From contig JAGLLT010000043.1 in the NCBI GenBank assembly GCA_023140385.1, positions 1 through 41,235 on the forward strand: a stretch of 41,235 nt of DNA, written 5' to 3'. Shown here in pieces: positions 1 to 10,129 of the stretch (within the stretch, counting starts at the first letter, position 1; every line of letters begins with the position of its first letter). This stretch comes from Candidatus Omnitrophota bacterium. Its GTDB lineage: Bacteria > Omnitrophota > Gorgyraeia > JAGLLT01. The notes under the pieces are model-generated. The model made no database searches and was not told the origin of the DNA. It worked only from the letters and a program-made list of their open reading frames with translations. The position numbers and the translations under genes were made by a program.

Positions 1-642
1 GTGATTCAGGAATTTTATCATTTAATAGCTAACGGGGTATTAATAGATAATTTTTTGAGCAGTTTGATAAGAGTTTTAATTGGCCTTTCTGCCGGCTCCA
101 TAGCCGGCATAACAGTAGGAATCCTGCTCGGGTATGAACAAAATTTACACAAAGTTACTCATCCTATACTCAGCTTATTTTATCCCATCCCCGCTCTTGG
201 CTGGCTGCCGATTTTAATGCTCTGGTTTGGAATAAGTGAGATGCTGCCGATTATGATTATATTTATATGCTCATTTTTCCCTGTGCTTTATAACACGGTT
301 ACCGGCATTAAAGGTGTAAACAAAGATTTTATTAAAGCCGCGCAAAGCCTTGGGGCGTCTGAATGGAAGGTTTTAACTACAGTAGTTATACCGTTGGCAT
401 TACCCAATATATTTACCGGTTTAAGATTAGAGGCCGGGATGGCCTGGAGGGTAATAATTGCCGCTGAGATGGTTGCTATTCCCACCGGTATTGGAGCGCT
501 CTTAATGAGAGCGGAAAGCTTGCTCCGAATGGATATAATTATAGTGTGTCTGATGGTTTTGGCGATAATGTGTCTATCTTTTGAAAGATTTTTTATCTAC
601 CTTGAACATAAACTTACCCACAAATGGAAACAGTATGCCTAA
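1..642 (+). CDS. ABC transporter permease, NitT/TauT (SsuC/TauC-like) family; probably 5'-truncated by the window edge
   Basis: Hydrophobic helices, 'PIPALGWLP' and EAA-like loop 'FIKAAQSLGAS', 'WRVIIAAEM'. Confidence 0.88.
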   Translation: MIQEFYHLIANGVLIDNFLSSLIRVLIGLSAGSIAGITVGILLGYEQNLHKVTHPILSLFYPIPALGWLPILMLWFGISEMLPIMIIFICSFFPVLYNTVTGIKGVNKDFIKAAQSLGASEWKVLTTVVIPLALPNIFTGLRLEAGMAWRVIIAAEMVAIPTGIGALLMRAESLLRMDIIIVCLMVLAIMCLSFERFFIYLEHKLTHKWKQYA

Positions 643-1408
643 TATTAGATTAAAAAATATCAACAATTTTATATGTCATGATATAAACCTGGAAATATCT
701 GACAGAGAGTTTTTAGTACTCTGGGGGCCGACAGGCGCGGGAAAAACTACTTTACTTAATACTATCGCCGGGCTGATTGAGCATAAAGGTTCAGTATTGT
801 TTGACGGGAGCCCTGTAGATGAGTTTCCTGTTTATCAAAGAAAGGCAGGCTATCTCTTTCAGAATTTAATCCTGTTTCCTCATTTAAGTGTTAGAGCGAA
901 TATAGCCTATGGACTCCGCGTTCAGGGAAAACCTAAAAGTAAGGTAGAATCAAGAGTGAATGAATTGTTGAGATTAATGAGAATAGAACATCTTGTTTAT
1001 CGCTATCCCAGGGACCTAAGCGGCGGGGAAAAACAGAGGGTTGCTCTGGCGCGGGCTATTGCTCCATCCCCGGAAATTATGCTTTTTGATGAGCCATTAA
1101 ACAGCCTTGATTTTCACACTGCCAGATATTTAAGAACAGAGATTCACAAACTTCACAGAGAATTAGGTTTTACTACCATATATGTTACGCACTGCTTTGA
1201 AGAGGCTTTCGCGTTAGCTGATAGGGTTGCTGTGTTAAAAAACGGCAGGATTGTTCGGACGGGTTTCCCTGAGGACATATTTAAAGAAATTGACTGCGGG
1301 GCGATAGTGGAAAATGGATTTTGTGATTGTCATCAAAGCAATAAAAACAGCGCGGCTCAAATTAAATTAGAAAACAGTAATATCCTGTGCCATTCCAGGA
1401 GGGGATAG
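635..1408 (+). CDS. ABC transporter ATP-binding subunit
   Basis: Walker A GPTGAGKTT, signature LSGGE, Walker B MLFDEP, H-loop YVTH. ATG 635 overlaps the permease stop and is preferred over the ORF-track start 581. Confidence 0.92.
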   Translation: MPNIRLKNINNFICHDINLEISDREFLVLWGPTGAGKTTLLNTIAGLIEHKGSVLFDGSPVDEFPVYQRKAGYLFQNLILFPHLSVRANIAYGLRVQGKPKSKVESRVNELLRLMRIEHLVYRYPRDLSGGEKQRVALARAIAPSPEIMLFDEPLNSLDFHTARYLRTEIHKLHRELGFTTIYVTHCFEEAFALADRVAVLKNGRIVRTGFPEDIFKEIDCGAIVENGFCDCHQSNKNSAAQIKLENSNILCHSRRG

Positions 1409-2284
1409 GTGAAAAAGGTGATGCTGTGTTTAGCGAAGAAGAAAGCGAAGCGCGAAATCAGGTATACGACAGAAGAAGATTTGCCGGCTATTTTACAAAT
1501 GGCGCTTGAAGAAGGGTGGATATCCGATTTAACTGAATTTCAGACCTTTATTGAACTTAATCCCTTTAGTTGTTTCGTCTATGTGGAAGATGGAAAGGTC
1601 ATCGGGTCTATTATGACTTTTCAGCATAGTCAAAGCGCGTGGATAGGTAATTTCGTTGTCTCCAGGGGGCGCCGGGGAAGGGGAATAGGCAGGGAACTTT
1701 TAACAAGGGCAATTAACTGCCTGGAGGAAAAAAAGAAAAAACAGATTTTTTTGAACGCTGCCTGTGGAGCAGAAGGCCTTTATGAAAAATTTGGTTTTAA
1801 AAAAGTTATGCCGGTAAATCGCTGGCGCGGCAAAGCCGCGAAACCTGTTGAAAAAGGAATGAGTTTTCGGAGAAACATCCCCGACATTTTTAACTTTCTT
1901 AAAGTGGATACTTCTTTATGGAAAGATGAGAGGTTCTCTCTAATTACCCAACTGTCTCTCACGCGCTGTATTTGTTCCCATTATGAGCCTTCCGGGTTCT
2001 TGATGTATGGTAAAGTCGGCCCTGTTGTTATTGTCGGCCCCTGGGAATTAGAAAATGGGGATGAAAAAACAGCAGAAAAATTATTTACTTCCGGACTGTC
2101 TGAATTGGAGTCCCGGAACGAAGTGCTGTTAGATGTTCCATCAGTTAATAAGAAAGCGGAGAGGATTTTGAGTAAGCACAACTTTGAAGTTGTTAGTTCC
2201 ACCTTGTTTATGTGCCGCGGCAGATTGCCGAAGATTAATTTTGACGGGATCTTCAGCTTTGCCACTATGGGTTCGATGGGATAG
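1409..2284 (+). CDS. GNAT-family N-acetyltransferase (two-domain, YitH-like)
   Basis: Acetyl-CoA motif 'RRGRGIGRELL' and 'LYEKFGF'; exact start uncertain. Confidence 0.82.
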   Translation: MKKVMLCLAKKKAKREIRYTTEEDLPAILQMALEEGWISDLTEFQTFIELNPFSCFVYVEDGKVIGSIMTFQHSQSAWIGNFVVSRGRRGRGIGRELLTRAINCLEEKKKKQIFLNAACGAEGLYEKFGFKKVMPVNRWRGKAAKPVEKGMSFRRNIPDIFNFLKVDTSLWKDERFSLITQLSLTRCICSHYEPSGFLMYGKVGPVVIVGPWELENGDEKTAEKLFTSGLSELESRNEVLLDVPSVNKKAERILSKHNFEVVSSTLFMCRGRLPKINFDGIFSFATMGSMG

Positions 2285-2286
2285 CA

Positions 2287-3414
2287 ATGAAGAAAATAAT
2301 TATTAATGATACAACCTTAAGGGACGGTGAGCAGGCGGCGGGCGTTGCTTTTACTATTAATGAAAAAGTAAAAATAGCCGCTTTGCTTAATAATATTGGA
2401 ATACAGGAAATAGAAGCGGGTATACCCGCAATGGGAGAGATTGAAAAGAAGGTAATAAGGAAGATTTTGGATAAAAATTTAAAGGCAAGGATAACGGGTT
2501 GGAATAGAGCTGTTTTAAAGGATATAGATGAGTCCGTTGAATGCGGGCTTACTTCAATAAGTATCTCTCTGCCTGTTTCAGATATTCATATAAATTATAA
2601 ACTGAATAAAACAAGAAAATGGATAATAGAGCGGATTAAGAAAGCAATAGGTTATGCCAAGAGGCATAAGCTATATCTAATCGTAAGCGCTGAAGACGCC
2701 TCAAGAGCTAATTTTGACTTTTTAATCGAATACGTAGAAACAATAAAAAAAGAAGGAGCTGATAGGTTTAGATTTTGCGATACCGTGGGTATTTTAGAAC
2801 CATTTAAGATATTTAGTATAATTAAATGTATTCGCCAGGCGGTTAATATTGATATAGAGGTTCATACTCATAATGATTTCGGACTTGCGACAGCCAACGC
2901 CCTTGCCGGCATTTCTGCCGGAGCTCGTTTTGTAAGTACAACGGTAACCGGCCTCGGAGAGCGTGCCGGGAATGCGGCATTAGAAGAAATTATTATGGCT
3001 TTAAAATATATTTATGCTGTTAAGCTAAAAGTAAATATCAAAAAGCTGCCTCAATTATCTAAATTTGTAAGTAAAGTATCAGGGAGAGAAATTCCCCGGG
3101 GAAAACCTATAATAGGCAAAAGTTGTTTTCTGCATGAATCCGGTATACATCAGGACGGAATAATAAAAAAACAGGTAACTTATGAACCTTTTGAACCATC
3201 TGCTATTGGAAAGAGGAATCAGCTGGTATTTGGTAAACATTCAGGAAAGGCGGCAATCAGATATTTTCTTGAGAAGAAAAACATAAAGGTAGGCAGTGAT
3301 ATAACAGGTAAGATTTTAGAGGAAGTAAGGTATAAATCCACTGCTTTAAAGCGCTGTCTTTCAGATAGAGAAATTTATTCTTTATATAAAAAATTCACCG
3401 GATGCCCGAATTAA
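2287..3414 (+). CDS. nifV: Homocitrate synthase-like DRE-TIM metallolyase (NifV/AksA-like)
   Basis: 'DTTLRDGEQ', 'HTHNDFGLATAN', 'GLGERAGNA', 'HESGIH'; 375 aa with no LeuA regulatory domain. The symbol is a family label and the substrate is not proven. Confidence 0.75.
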   Translation: MKKIIINDTTLRDGEQAAGVAFTINEKVKIAALLNNIGIQEIEAGIPAMGEIEKKVIRKILDKNLKARITGWNRAVLKDIDESVECGLTSISISLPVSDIHINYKLNKTRKWIIERIKKAIGYAKRHKLYLIVSAEDASRANFDFLIEYVETIKKEGADRFRFCDTVGILEPFKIFSIIKCIRQAVNIDIEVHTHNDFGLATANALAGISAGARFVSTTVTGLGERAGNAALEEIIMALKYIYAVKLKVNIKKLPQLSKFVSKVSGREIPRGKPIIGKSCFLHESGIHQDGIIKKQVTYEPFEPSAIGKRNQLVFGKHSGKAAIRYFLEKKNIKVGSDITGKILEEVRYKSTALKRCLSDREIYSLYKKFTGCPN

Positions 3415-3474
3415 AGAAAAAGGTTACCAAAAGGAGAGATTTTTTACTTTAATATAAAGAAGCTTAAAAAATAA

Positions 3475-3562
3475 GCACAGTGTTTGTGTAAGTAAGTAGT
3501 TTTAAAGGATTGAACAAAGACGTTCTATCAAAATCAAAATGATTTTTTTAGAACGTTTTTTT
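3475..3562 (+). promoter_or_regulatory. Putative ANTAR-target leader (twin hairpin plus overlapping intrinsic terminator) upstream of glnA
   Basis: P1 GCAC-AGTGTTT-GTGT (7-nt loop); P2 GAAC-AAAGAC-GTTC (3512-3525); terminator AAAGACGTTCTA...TAGAACGTTTTT plus T-tract overlaps P2. Confidence 0.6.
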
Positions 3563-3644
3563 ATGGAGACTACTCTTGACAGTAGGGATGTTAAGGGGGC
3601 AACAATTTTACAACTCTCGGCGGAATTAATTAAGGAAGTTAATA

Positions 3645-3819
3645 GACTCCTTGCTTAAACAAAGGTAAAGTTCTCCCCCGTGGAATTCGGAGAATTCCCG
3701 GGACTAAGTCCTCGGAATTTCACAGTGTGAAATTCCAGAGGGTTCGATAATTTACCTTTAAGCTTCGGAGTTAATTCGGGCAGATCAGTTATGTTCACTT
3801 TGTTCCATAACAGATGCCC
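3645..3819 (+). repeat. Nested inverted repeats / structured 5' leader of glnA
   Basis: AAAGGTAAA(3661)/TTTACCTTT(3751); TGGAATT(3681)/AATTCCA(3731); GGAC-TAA-GTCC(3701-3711); perfect GGAATTTCACA-G-TGTGAAATTCC (3714-3736). Confidence 0.7.
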
Positions 3820-3839
3820 TCATTAAGGAGAATAAAGAA

Positions 3840-5171
3840 ATGGCGAAGAAGACAAAAGCGGATATTTTGAAGATTGTTAAGGAGCAGGATGTGAAGTTTA
3901 TCAGGCTTTGGTTTACGGATATTCTAGGCCAGGTAAAAAGTTTCGCGATTACGGACAAGGAGCTGGAGGACGCGTTAGAGAGGGGTATGGGTTTTGACGG
4001 CTCGTCAATTACCGGATACCAGGATATTGAGGAATCGGATATGATTGCTATGCCTGATCCCGATACCTTTGCTATCCTTCCCTGGAGGCCTCAGGAGAAG
4101 GCTGTTGCCAGGATGATTTGCGATGTACTTAATCCGGATAGGACTCCTTATGAAGGTGATCCGCGATACGTATTAAAAAAGGCTCTGAAGAGAGCGGGCG
4201 AAATGGGATTTGACCACTTTTATCTGGGGCCTGAACTTGAATTTTTCTATTTCAAAAATGATCAAGGTACAGAAACGCTGGATAAGGGGGGTTACTTTGA
4301 CCTGACTACTCTTGATGTTGCCAGTGATTTAAGACGTGAAACGGTTTTGGCTTTGGAAAAAATGGGAGTGCATGTGGAGTATTCTCATCATGAAGTTGCG
4401 CCGTCACAGCATGAAATAGATATGCGTTACGATGATGCTTTGAAGATGGCCGATGATGTGATAACGTACAGAATAATTGTTAAAGAAATAGCTAACAAGT
4501 TCGGTGTTTACGCGACCTTTATGCCTAAACCGGTATTCGGTGAGAATGGTTCGGGGATGCACACTCATCAGTCATTATTTAAAGGTGGAAAGAACACATT
4601 TTTTGACCCGGAGGCAAAAGATAATCTTTCAGATATTGCTCAAAGTTATATCGCCGGCCTTTTAAAACACTCTAAAGAGATATGTTCAATATTTGCTCAG
4701 ACAACCAACTCGTATAAAAGGTTGATTCCCGGTTATGAAGCGCCTGTTTATATAGCGTGGAGCCGCAGAAATAGAAGCGCGCTTGTCAGGGTACCGCTTT
4801 ACCACCCGGGAATGGAGAAGGCAACGCGCTGTGAATTTAGAGCCTGTGACCCGGCCTGCAATCCCTATCTTACCTTCGCGGCAATGCTTCACGCGGGATT
4901 GGAAGGTATAGAAAAGGGCTATAAGGTACCTGAAGCTATGGAGCAAAACCTATACGGACTGACGGATATAGAGAGGAAGGAGAGAGGGATAGAGACTCTT
5001 CCGGATAACCTTGGCTTTGCCATAGCCATAACGGAAGAAAGTGAACTTGTGAAAAAAGTTCTTGGAGATCACATATTTCCGAGATTTATTGAACTAAAGA
5101 AAAAAGAATGGAATGAGTATAGAATTCAGGTTTCACAGTTCGAACTTGATAAGTATCTCTCCATACTATAA
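3840..5171 (+). CDS. glnA: Glutamine synthetase type I (short, GSI-alpha-like)
   Basis: 'FDGSSI', 'HHEVAPSQHE', 'FMPKP..GENGSGMHTHQS', 'YKRLIPGYEAP', 'NRSALVRVP'; RBS AAGGAG. Confidence 0.96.
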   Translation: MAKKTKADILKIVKEQDVKFIRLWFTDILGQVKSFAITDKELEDALERGMGFDGSSITGYQDIEESDMIAMPDPDTFAILPWRPQEKAVARMICDVLNPDRTPYEGDPRYVLKKALKRAGEMGFDHFYLGPELEFFYFKNDQGTETLDKGGYFDLTTLDVASDLRRETVLALEKMGVHVEYSHHEVAPSQHEIDMRYDDALKMADDVITYRIIVKEIANKFGVYATFMPKPVFGENGSGMHTHQSLFKGGKNTFFDPEAKDNLSDIAQSYIAGLLKHSKEICSIFAQTTNSYKRLIPGYEAPVYIAWSRRNRSALVRVPLYHPGMEKATRCEFRACDPACNPYLTFAAMLHAGLEGIEKGYKVPEAMEQNLYGLTDIERKERGIETLPDNLGFAIAITEESELVKKVLGDHIFPRFIELKKKEWNEYRIQVSQFELDKYLSIL

Positions 5172-5269
5172 AAAAATACCCCTTATAAGCTAAAACCTTT
5201 TTTTGCCGACGTGTGCTTAAAATTTAATCAGATGGTGTTTAAGAAAACGTTGTAGAGCAGGGGGAGGAG

Positions 5270-5566
5270 ATGTTGTATAATATGAATAACGTTAAAATAG
5301 ACGATAGGCTAAAAAAAATCCATAAAAAGGCGGGTTCCGAACGAAAGGAGTTCAACCTTAAACAAGTAATGGCAGAGCTGGATAAATTTTTTGTCATTAG
5401 CAAAGAAAGGAATCTCTACAGGTTGATACTGTCAAAGATGGAAGAGCCGCTCATAAAGAATGTCTTGAATGAAACGGGAGGCAACAAGCGAAAGGCAGCT
5501 CAGATATTAGGGATAAACCGCAACACTCTATATGTAAAAATTAAAAGGCTTGGAATTGGACATTAG
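5270..5566 (+). CDS. Stand-alone Fis-family helix-turn-helix protein
   Basis: C-terminal 'EEPLI..VL..TGGNKRKAAQILGINRNTLYVKIKRLGI'; RBS GGAGG. Confidence 0.85.
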   Translation: MLYNMNNVKIDDRLKKIHKKAGSERKEFNLKQVMAELDKFFVISKERNLYRLILSKMEEPLIKNVLNETGGNKRKAAQILGINRNTLYVKIKRLGIGH

Positions 5567-5595
5567 CTTAATCCGGAATATTTTGGTGATAACCT

Positions 5596-8500
5596 ATGAA
5601 GTACAATCATTTTCCTCAAAAACAAGGATTATATGACCCGCAGTTTGAAAAGGATTCCTGTGGCGTTGGTTTTTTATGCGACGTTAAGGGCAGGAGGTCA
5701 AACAGCATTGTTAAAAAATCAATAAAGGTTTTAGAGAGGCTGGCTCACAGGGGTGCCGTAGGTTCTGATCCTAAAACAGGTGACGGTGCGGGAATTTTGA
5801 TTCAAATTCCGCATATTTTTTTTTCTAAAACAGCTGATGAAGCGGAGATTAATTTGCCCGCAGAGGGTGAATATGGGACAGGTTTAATCTTTCTGCCTAC
5901 CGACACTAAAGAACGTTTATTTTGCAAGGGCGTTTTTGAAAAGGTTATTAAAAGTGAAGAACAGATTGTTCTTGGCTGGCGGGATGTTCCCGTGGATAAT
6001 TCAGTTATCGGAAAAGCCGCCAGGGAAAGCGAGCCTGCCATTGAACAGGTTTTTATTGCTAAAAACAGGAATATTAAAACAGAGATAGAGTTCGAAAGAA
6101 GGCTTTATCTTATCAGGAAAAGGATAGAAAGCTTTATCCGCGCTTCAAAGTTAAAGCAAAAGTCATTTTTTTATATTACCAATCTTTCCTGCCGAACATT
6201 TCTGTATAAAGGCCTTTTAATGCCCGGCCAAGTTAAGAATTTTTTCCTTGACCTTAAAGATAAAAGCGTAAAGAGTGCTATTGCCTTAGTCCATTCCAGA
6301 TATAGTACCAACACTTTTCCCACTTGGGACTTGTCTCAGCCCTTCAGGGCTTTAGCCCATAACGGAGAGATTAATACCCTGCGGGGCAATATCAACTGGA
6401 TGAATGGGCGGGAAGGTTTATTAAAGAGCCCTCTTTTCAAAGATAACATTGAAAAGATAAAACCGGTAATCATTCCCGGCGGCAGCGACTCAGCGGCTAT
6501 TGATAACGTTTTTGAACTTTTAATGTTATCAGGCAGATCCCTTGCCCATTCAATGATGATGCTTATTCCTAACGCCTGGGAGCAGAATAGGCTGTTGGAT
6601 AAGAAGTTAAAAGATTTTTACAAATATCATGCCTGTATAATGGAGCCGTGGGACGGCCCGGCGGCTATTGCCTTTACAGATGGGAAAAAAATAGGCGCTG
6701 TGCTTGACAGAAACGGCCTGCGCCCCGCGCGTTATATCGTTACCCGGCAGGATCTTGTTGTTATGTCCTCTGAGGTTGGTGTTTTGGATATAAAACCCGA
6801 TGATATACGGCTATCCGGCAGGCTTGAGCCGGGAAAAATGCTTTTTATAGATACGGAAAAAGAAAAAATTATTGATGATTGGAGGATAAAGGAGGTTGTT
6901 TCAACTCAACGTCCATATGGACTATGGCTTAAAAAGCATCTGGTCGAAATGAATGAACTGCCGTCTGCCAGTAGCAAAAAAGAGGTGCCTTCTGACATAT
7001 TAACCTCTATGAAAGTTTTTGGCTACACACGCGAAGACCTGAAAAAGGTAATTAAACCTATGGCCGAGAGCGGAAGCGAGCCCATAGGGGCCATGGGAAA
7101 TGATACACCCCACGCGATTCTCTCAAAAAATCATCAGCTTACCTACAACTATTTTAAACAGCTCTTTGCTCAGGTGACTAATCCGGCTATTGACCCCATA
7201 AGAGAAAATCTGGTTATGAGCCTGGAAACTTTTATCGGGCCCGCCCGGAACCTCCTGGCAGAGACCCCTTCTCATTGTCACCGGCTTAGAGTCAAAGAGC
7301 CAATTCTTACGAATGATAATTTAGAAAAAATCCGCCGCGTGAATACTGAAAAGTTTAAAACCAAAACCGTTTCTCTTCTTTTTAACGCTGATCGTGAAAA
7401 TAATTTTTTAAAAGCGGTAGATAGGATTTGCAAAGAAGTTGTATTGGCTGTAGAGAAAGGTTATACCTTTATTATTTTAAGTGACCGTGGTGTAAATTCA
7501 AGGCAAGCAGCTTTGCCCGCTCTTTTAGCCGCTGGGGCAGTGCATCATCACCTTATCAGAAAGGCATTGAGAACGCGGATTGGAATTATTGTAGAAAGCG
7601 CTGAGCCTAAGGAGGTGCATCACTTCGGGCTTCTTTTCGGCTACGGCGCCGATTGCGTTAATCCTTATCTGGCCTATGAGTCGCTTAAGTATTTAGTTGA
7701 TGAAGGTGAACTGGATATAAGCTATAAAATAGCCTTGAAGAATTACAGAAAGGCTGTTAATAAAGGAATCTTAAAAATTCTTTCTAAGATAGGTATCTCT
7801 ACGCTTCAAAGTTACAGGGGGGCTCAAATATTTGAGGCGTTAGGCTTGAATGATGAAGTAATTAACAAATGTTTTTGCGGGACAACGTCGCGCATCGGAG
7901 GCGCGGACTTTAAAGTAATTGCCCGGGAAACAATTTCGCGCCACAGTGAAGCTTATGGTGAGAAGAAATCGAGGTTATCTCATCTCAAAACAGGAGGGTT
8001 ATATCAGTGGAAAAGGGATGGCGAATTTCATTTGTGGAATCCCCGAAGCATTGCCTGTTTGCAGGAAGCCGCCAGAAAAGGCGACTATGATAAATATAAA
8101 GAGTTTGCTTGTATTATTAATAATCAATCTCAAAACCCAACGACTCTGCGAAGTCTTCTTAAATTCAAGAAGACAAAGCCAATTTCCATTAACAAGGTAG
8201 AACCGGCACGCGATATATTAAAGCGTTTCGCGACCGGGGCAATGAGTTTTGGTTCTATCAGCCGGGAGACTCACGAAATTTTAGCTATAACTATGAATAG
8301 AATAGGCGGCCGTTCAAATACCGGAGAAGGCGGAGAAGACCCCGCGAGATTTAAACGACTGGCTAACGGAGACTTAAAGCGGAGCGCGATAAAACAGATT
8401 GCCTCAGGCCGTTTTGGAGTATCGACAAACTACCTTGTTAACGCGGATGAACTGCAAATTAAAATAGCCCAGGGGGCCAAGCCCGGTGAAGGCGGGCAGC

Positions 8501-10125
8501 TGCCGGGGCATAAGGTGAGTGCCATAATTGCTAAAACGCGCTATACAACTCCCGGAGTTACCTTGATATCGCCCCCGCCGCACCATGATATTTATTCTAT
8601 TGAAGATTTGGCCCAGTTGATATTTGATTTAAAAAACGTAAACCCTTATGCCCGCATAAGTGTTAAATTGGTTTCAGAGGTTGGCGTAGGAACTGTCGCG
8701 GCAGGTGTAGCAAAAGGGCACGCGGATATGATCTTAATCTCAGGTGCTGACGGAGGTACCGGAGCTTCACCAATGAGTTCTATAAGGCACGCGGGCCTTC
8801 CGTGGGAGTTAGGCCTTTCTGAAACGCACCAGACACTGGTCTTAAATGGTCTGAGAAACCGCCTTCGCCTGCAGACGGACGGCCAGATGCGTACCGGCCG
8901 CGATGTGGCGATAGCAGCCCTTTTAGGGGCGGAAGAGTACGGTTTTTGTTCGGCGGCATTGATTGTTTTGGGTTGTGTCATGCTAAGGCACTGCAACCTT
9001 AATAATTGCTCACTTGGTATTGCCACCCAGAATGAAATTTTAAGGAAAAGGTTTAGCGGCCGGCCGGAGTATGTGGAAAATTATTTTCGCTTTGTAGTTA
9101 GAGAACTGCGGGATATTATGGCTCAATTAGGTATAAAAAAACTGGATGAAATGATTGGCCGTTCTGACCTTTTACAGGTAAATAGTAGTGTGATTCCCGA
9201 GAAGGCAAAAGACATTGATTTTTCAAGAATACTTTATAGGCCTAAAATTTCTAAAAAAGCCGAGACGCGCTTCACAAAAAAACAGGACCACGGTATCGGC
9301 AGGGTGCTTGATAAAAAGCTTATTAAATTATCAAAGCCGGCTCTGGAAAAAGGCCAAAAGGTAGAATTTGAGATAGGTATTAAGAATGTTAACCGGACGA
9401 CAGGAGCAATGCTCAGCGGAGAGATTTGCCGGCGGTATGGAGAAGAAGGGCTGCCCGGAGATACGGTTTGTGTCAGGTTTAAAGGCACCGCCGGCCAAAG
9501 CTTTGGCGCTTGGCTGGCAAAAGGGATAACCTTTGAACTGGAAGGCCCGGCTAATGACTATGTAGGAAAGGGTATCTCGGGAGGGAAAATAATTATTTAT
9601 CCGGATAGAAAGGCATGTTATAAGGCGGAAGATAACGTTCTTGTGGGGAATACCACCTTTTATGGAGCAGTATCAGGTGAGGCTTACATTTCCGGCTTGG
9701 CCGGGGAAAGATTTTGCATAAGAAACTCCGGCCTTTTGGCGGTTGTTGAAGGAGTAGGAGATCATGGTTGTGAATATATGACGGGAGGAAGGGTTGTTAT
9801 TATAGGTAATACCGGCAGAAACTTTGGAGCCGGAATGTCAGGCGGCATAGCCTATGTTTTTGATGAGCATGGCGGTTTCAAGGATAAATGCAATATGAAT
9901 ATGATAAAACTTGAAAAAATTAGCTCCGAGGATAAAGCAGCCATTCACAACTTACTTCATAATCATCTTAAATATACCGGAAGCCAAAAGGCAAAGAGGC
10001 TCCTTGATAGCTTCAGTAAATCAATAAAAAAATTTGTTAAGGTTATGCCGATTGAGTACAAGCGCATTTTAGACAGTATGAAACTTGAAAAAAAACTGGA
10101 TTTGCTGGAAACATTAGAAGGGTAA
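5596..10125 (+). CDS. gltB: Glutamate synthase large subunit
   Basis: Propeptide followed by catalytic 'CGVGF', 'HSRYSTNTFP', 'QGAKPGEGGQLPG', 3Fe-4S motif 'GCVMLRHCNLNNC'; 1509 aa. Confidence 0.98.
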   Translation: MKYNHFPQKQGLYDPQFEKDSCGVGFLCDVKGRRSNSIVKKSIKVLERLAHRGAVGSDPKTGDGAGILIQIPHIFFSKTADEAEINLPAEGEYGTGLIFLPTDTKERLFCKGVFEKVIKSEEQIVLGWRDVPVDNSVIGKAARESEPAIEQVFIAKNRNIKTEIEFERRLYLIRKRIESFIRASKLKQKSFFYITNLSCRTFLYKGLLMPGQVKNFFLDLKDKSVKSAIALVHSRYSTNTFPTWDLSQPFRALAHNGEINTLRGNINWMNGREGLLKSPLFKDNIEKIKPVIIPGGSDSAAIDNVFELLMLSGRSLAHSMMMLIPNAWEQNRLLDKKLKDFYKYHACIMEPWDGPAAIAFTDGKKIGAVLDRNGLRPARYIVTRQDLVVMSSEVGVLDIKPDDIRLSGRLEPGKMLFIDTEKEKIIDDWRIKEVVSTQRPYGLWLKKHLVEMNELPSASSKKEVPSDILTSMKVFGYTREDLKKVIKPMAESGSEPIGAMGNDTPHAILSKNHQLTYNYFKQLFAQVTNPAIDPIRENLVMSLETFIGPARNLLAETPSHCHRLRVKEPILTNDNLEKIRRVNTEKFKTKTVSLLFNADRENNFLKAVDRICKEVVLAVEKGYTFIILSDRGVNSRQAALPALLAAGAVHHHLIRKALRTRIGIIVESAEPKEVHHFGLLFGYGADCVNPYLAYESLKYLVDEGELDISYKIALKNYRKAVNKGILKILSKIGISTLQSYRGAQIFEALGLNDEVINKCFCGTTSRIGGADFKVIARETISRHSEAYGEKKSRLSHLKTGGLYQWKRDGEFHLWNPRSIACLQEAARKGDYDKYKEFACIINNQSQNPTTLRSLLKFKKTKPISINKVEPARDILKRFATGAMSFGSISRETHEILAITMNRIGGRSNTGEGGEDPARFKRLANGDLKRSAIKQIASGRFGVSTNYLVNADELQIKIAQGAKPGEGGQLPGHKVSAIIAKTRYTTPGVTLISPPPHHDIYSIEDLAQLIFDLKNVNPYARISVKLVSEVGVGTVAAGVAKGHADMILISGADGGTGASPMSSIRHAGLPWELGLSETHQTLVLNGLRNRLRLQTDGQMRTGRDVAIAALLGAEEYGFCSAALIVLGCVMLRHCNLNNCSLGIATQNEILRKRFSGRPEYVENYFRFVVRELRDIMAQLGIKKLDEMIGRSDLLQVNSSVIPEKAKDIDFSRILYRPKISKKAETRFTKKQDHGIGRVLDKKLIKLSKPALEKGQKVEFEIGIKNVNRTTGAMLSGEICRRYGEEGLPGDTVCVRFKGTAGQSFGAWLAKGITFELEGPANDYVGKGISGGKIIIYPDRKACYKAEDNVLVGNTTFYGAVSGEAYISGLAGERFCIRNSGLLAVVEGVGDHGCEYMTGGRVVIIGNTGRNFGAGMSGGIAYVFDEHGGFKDKCNMNMIKLEKISSEDKAAIHNLLHNHLKYTGSQKAKRLLDSFSKSIKKFVKVMPIEYKRILDSMKLEKKLDLLETLEG

Positions 10126-10129
10126 AAAC

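Noticed and set aside
3690..3760. SAM-I, cobalamin, T-box or glutamine riboswitch upstream of glnA
   Set aside because: Only superficial similarity (GGGACT, AATTCC, GATAA); I could not find the conserved cores.
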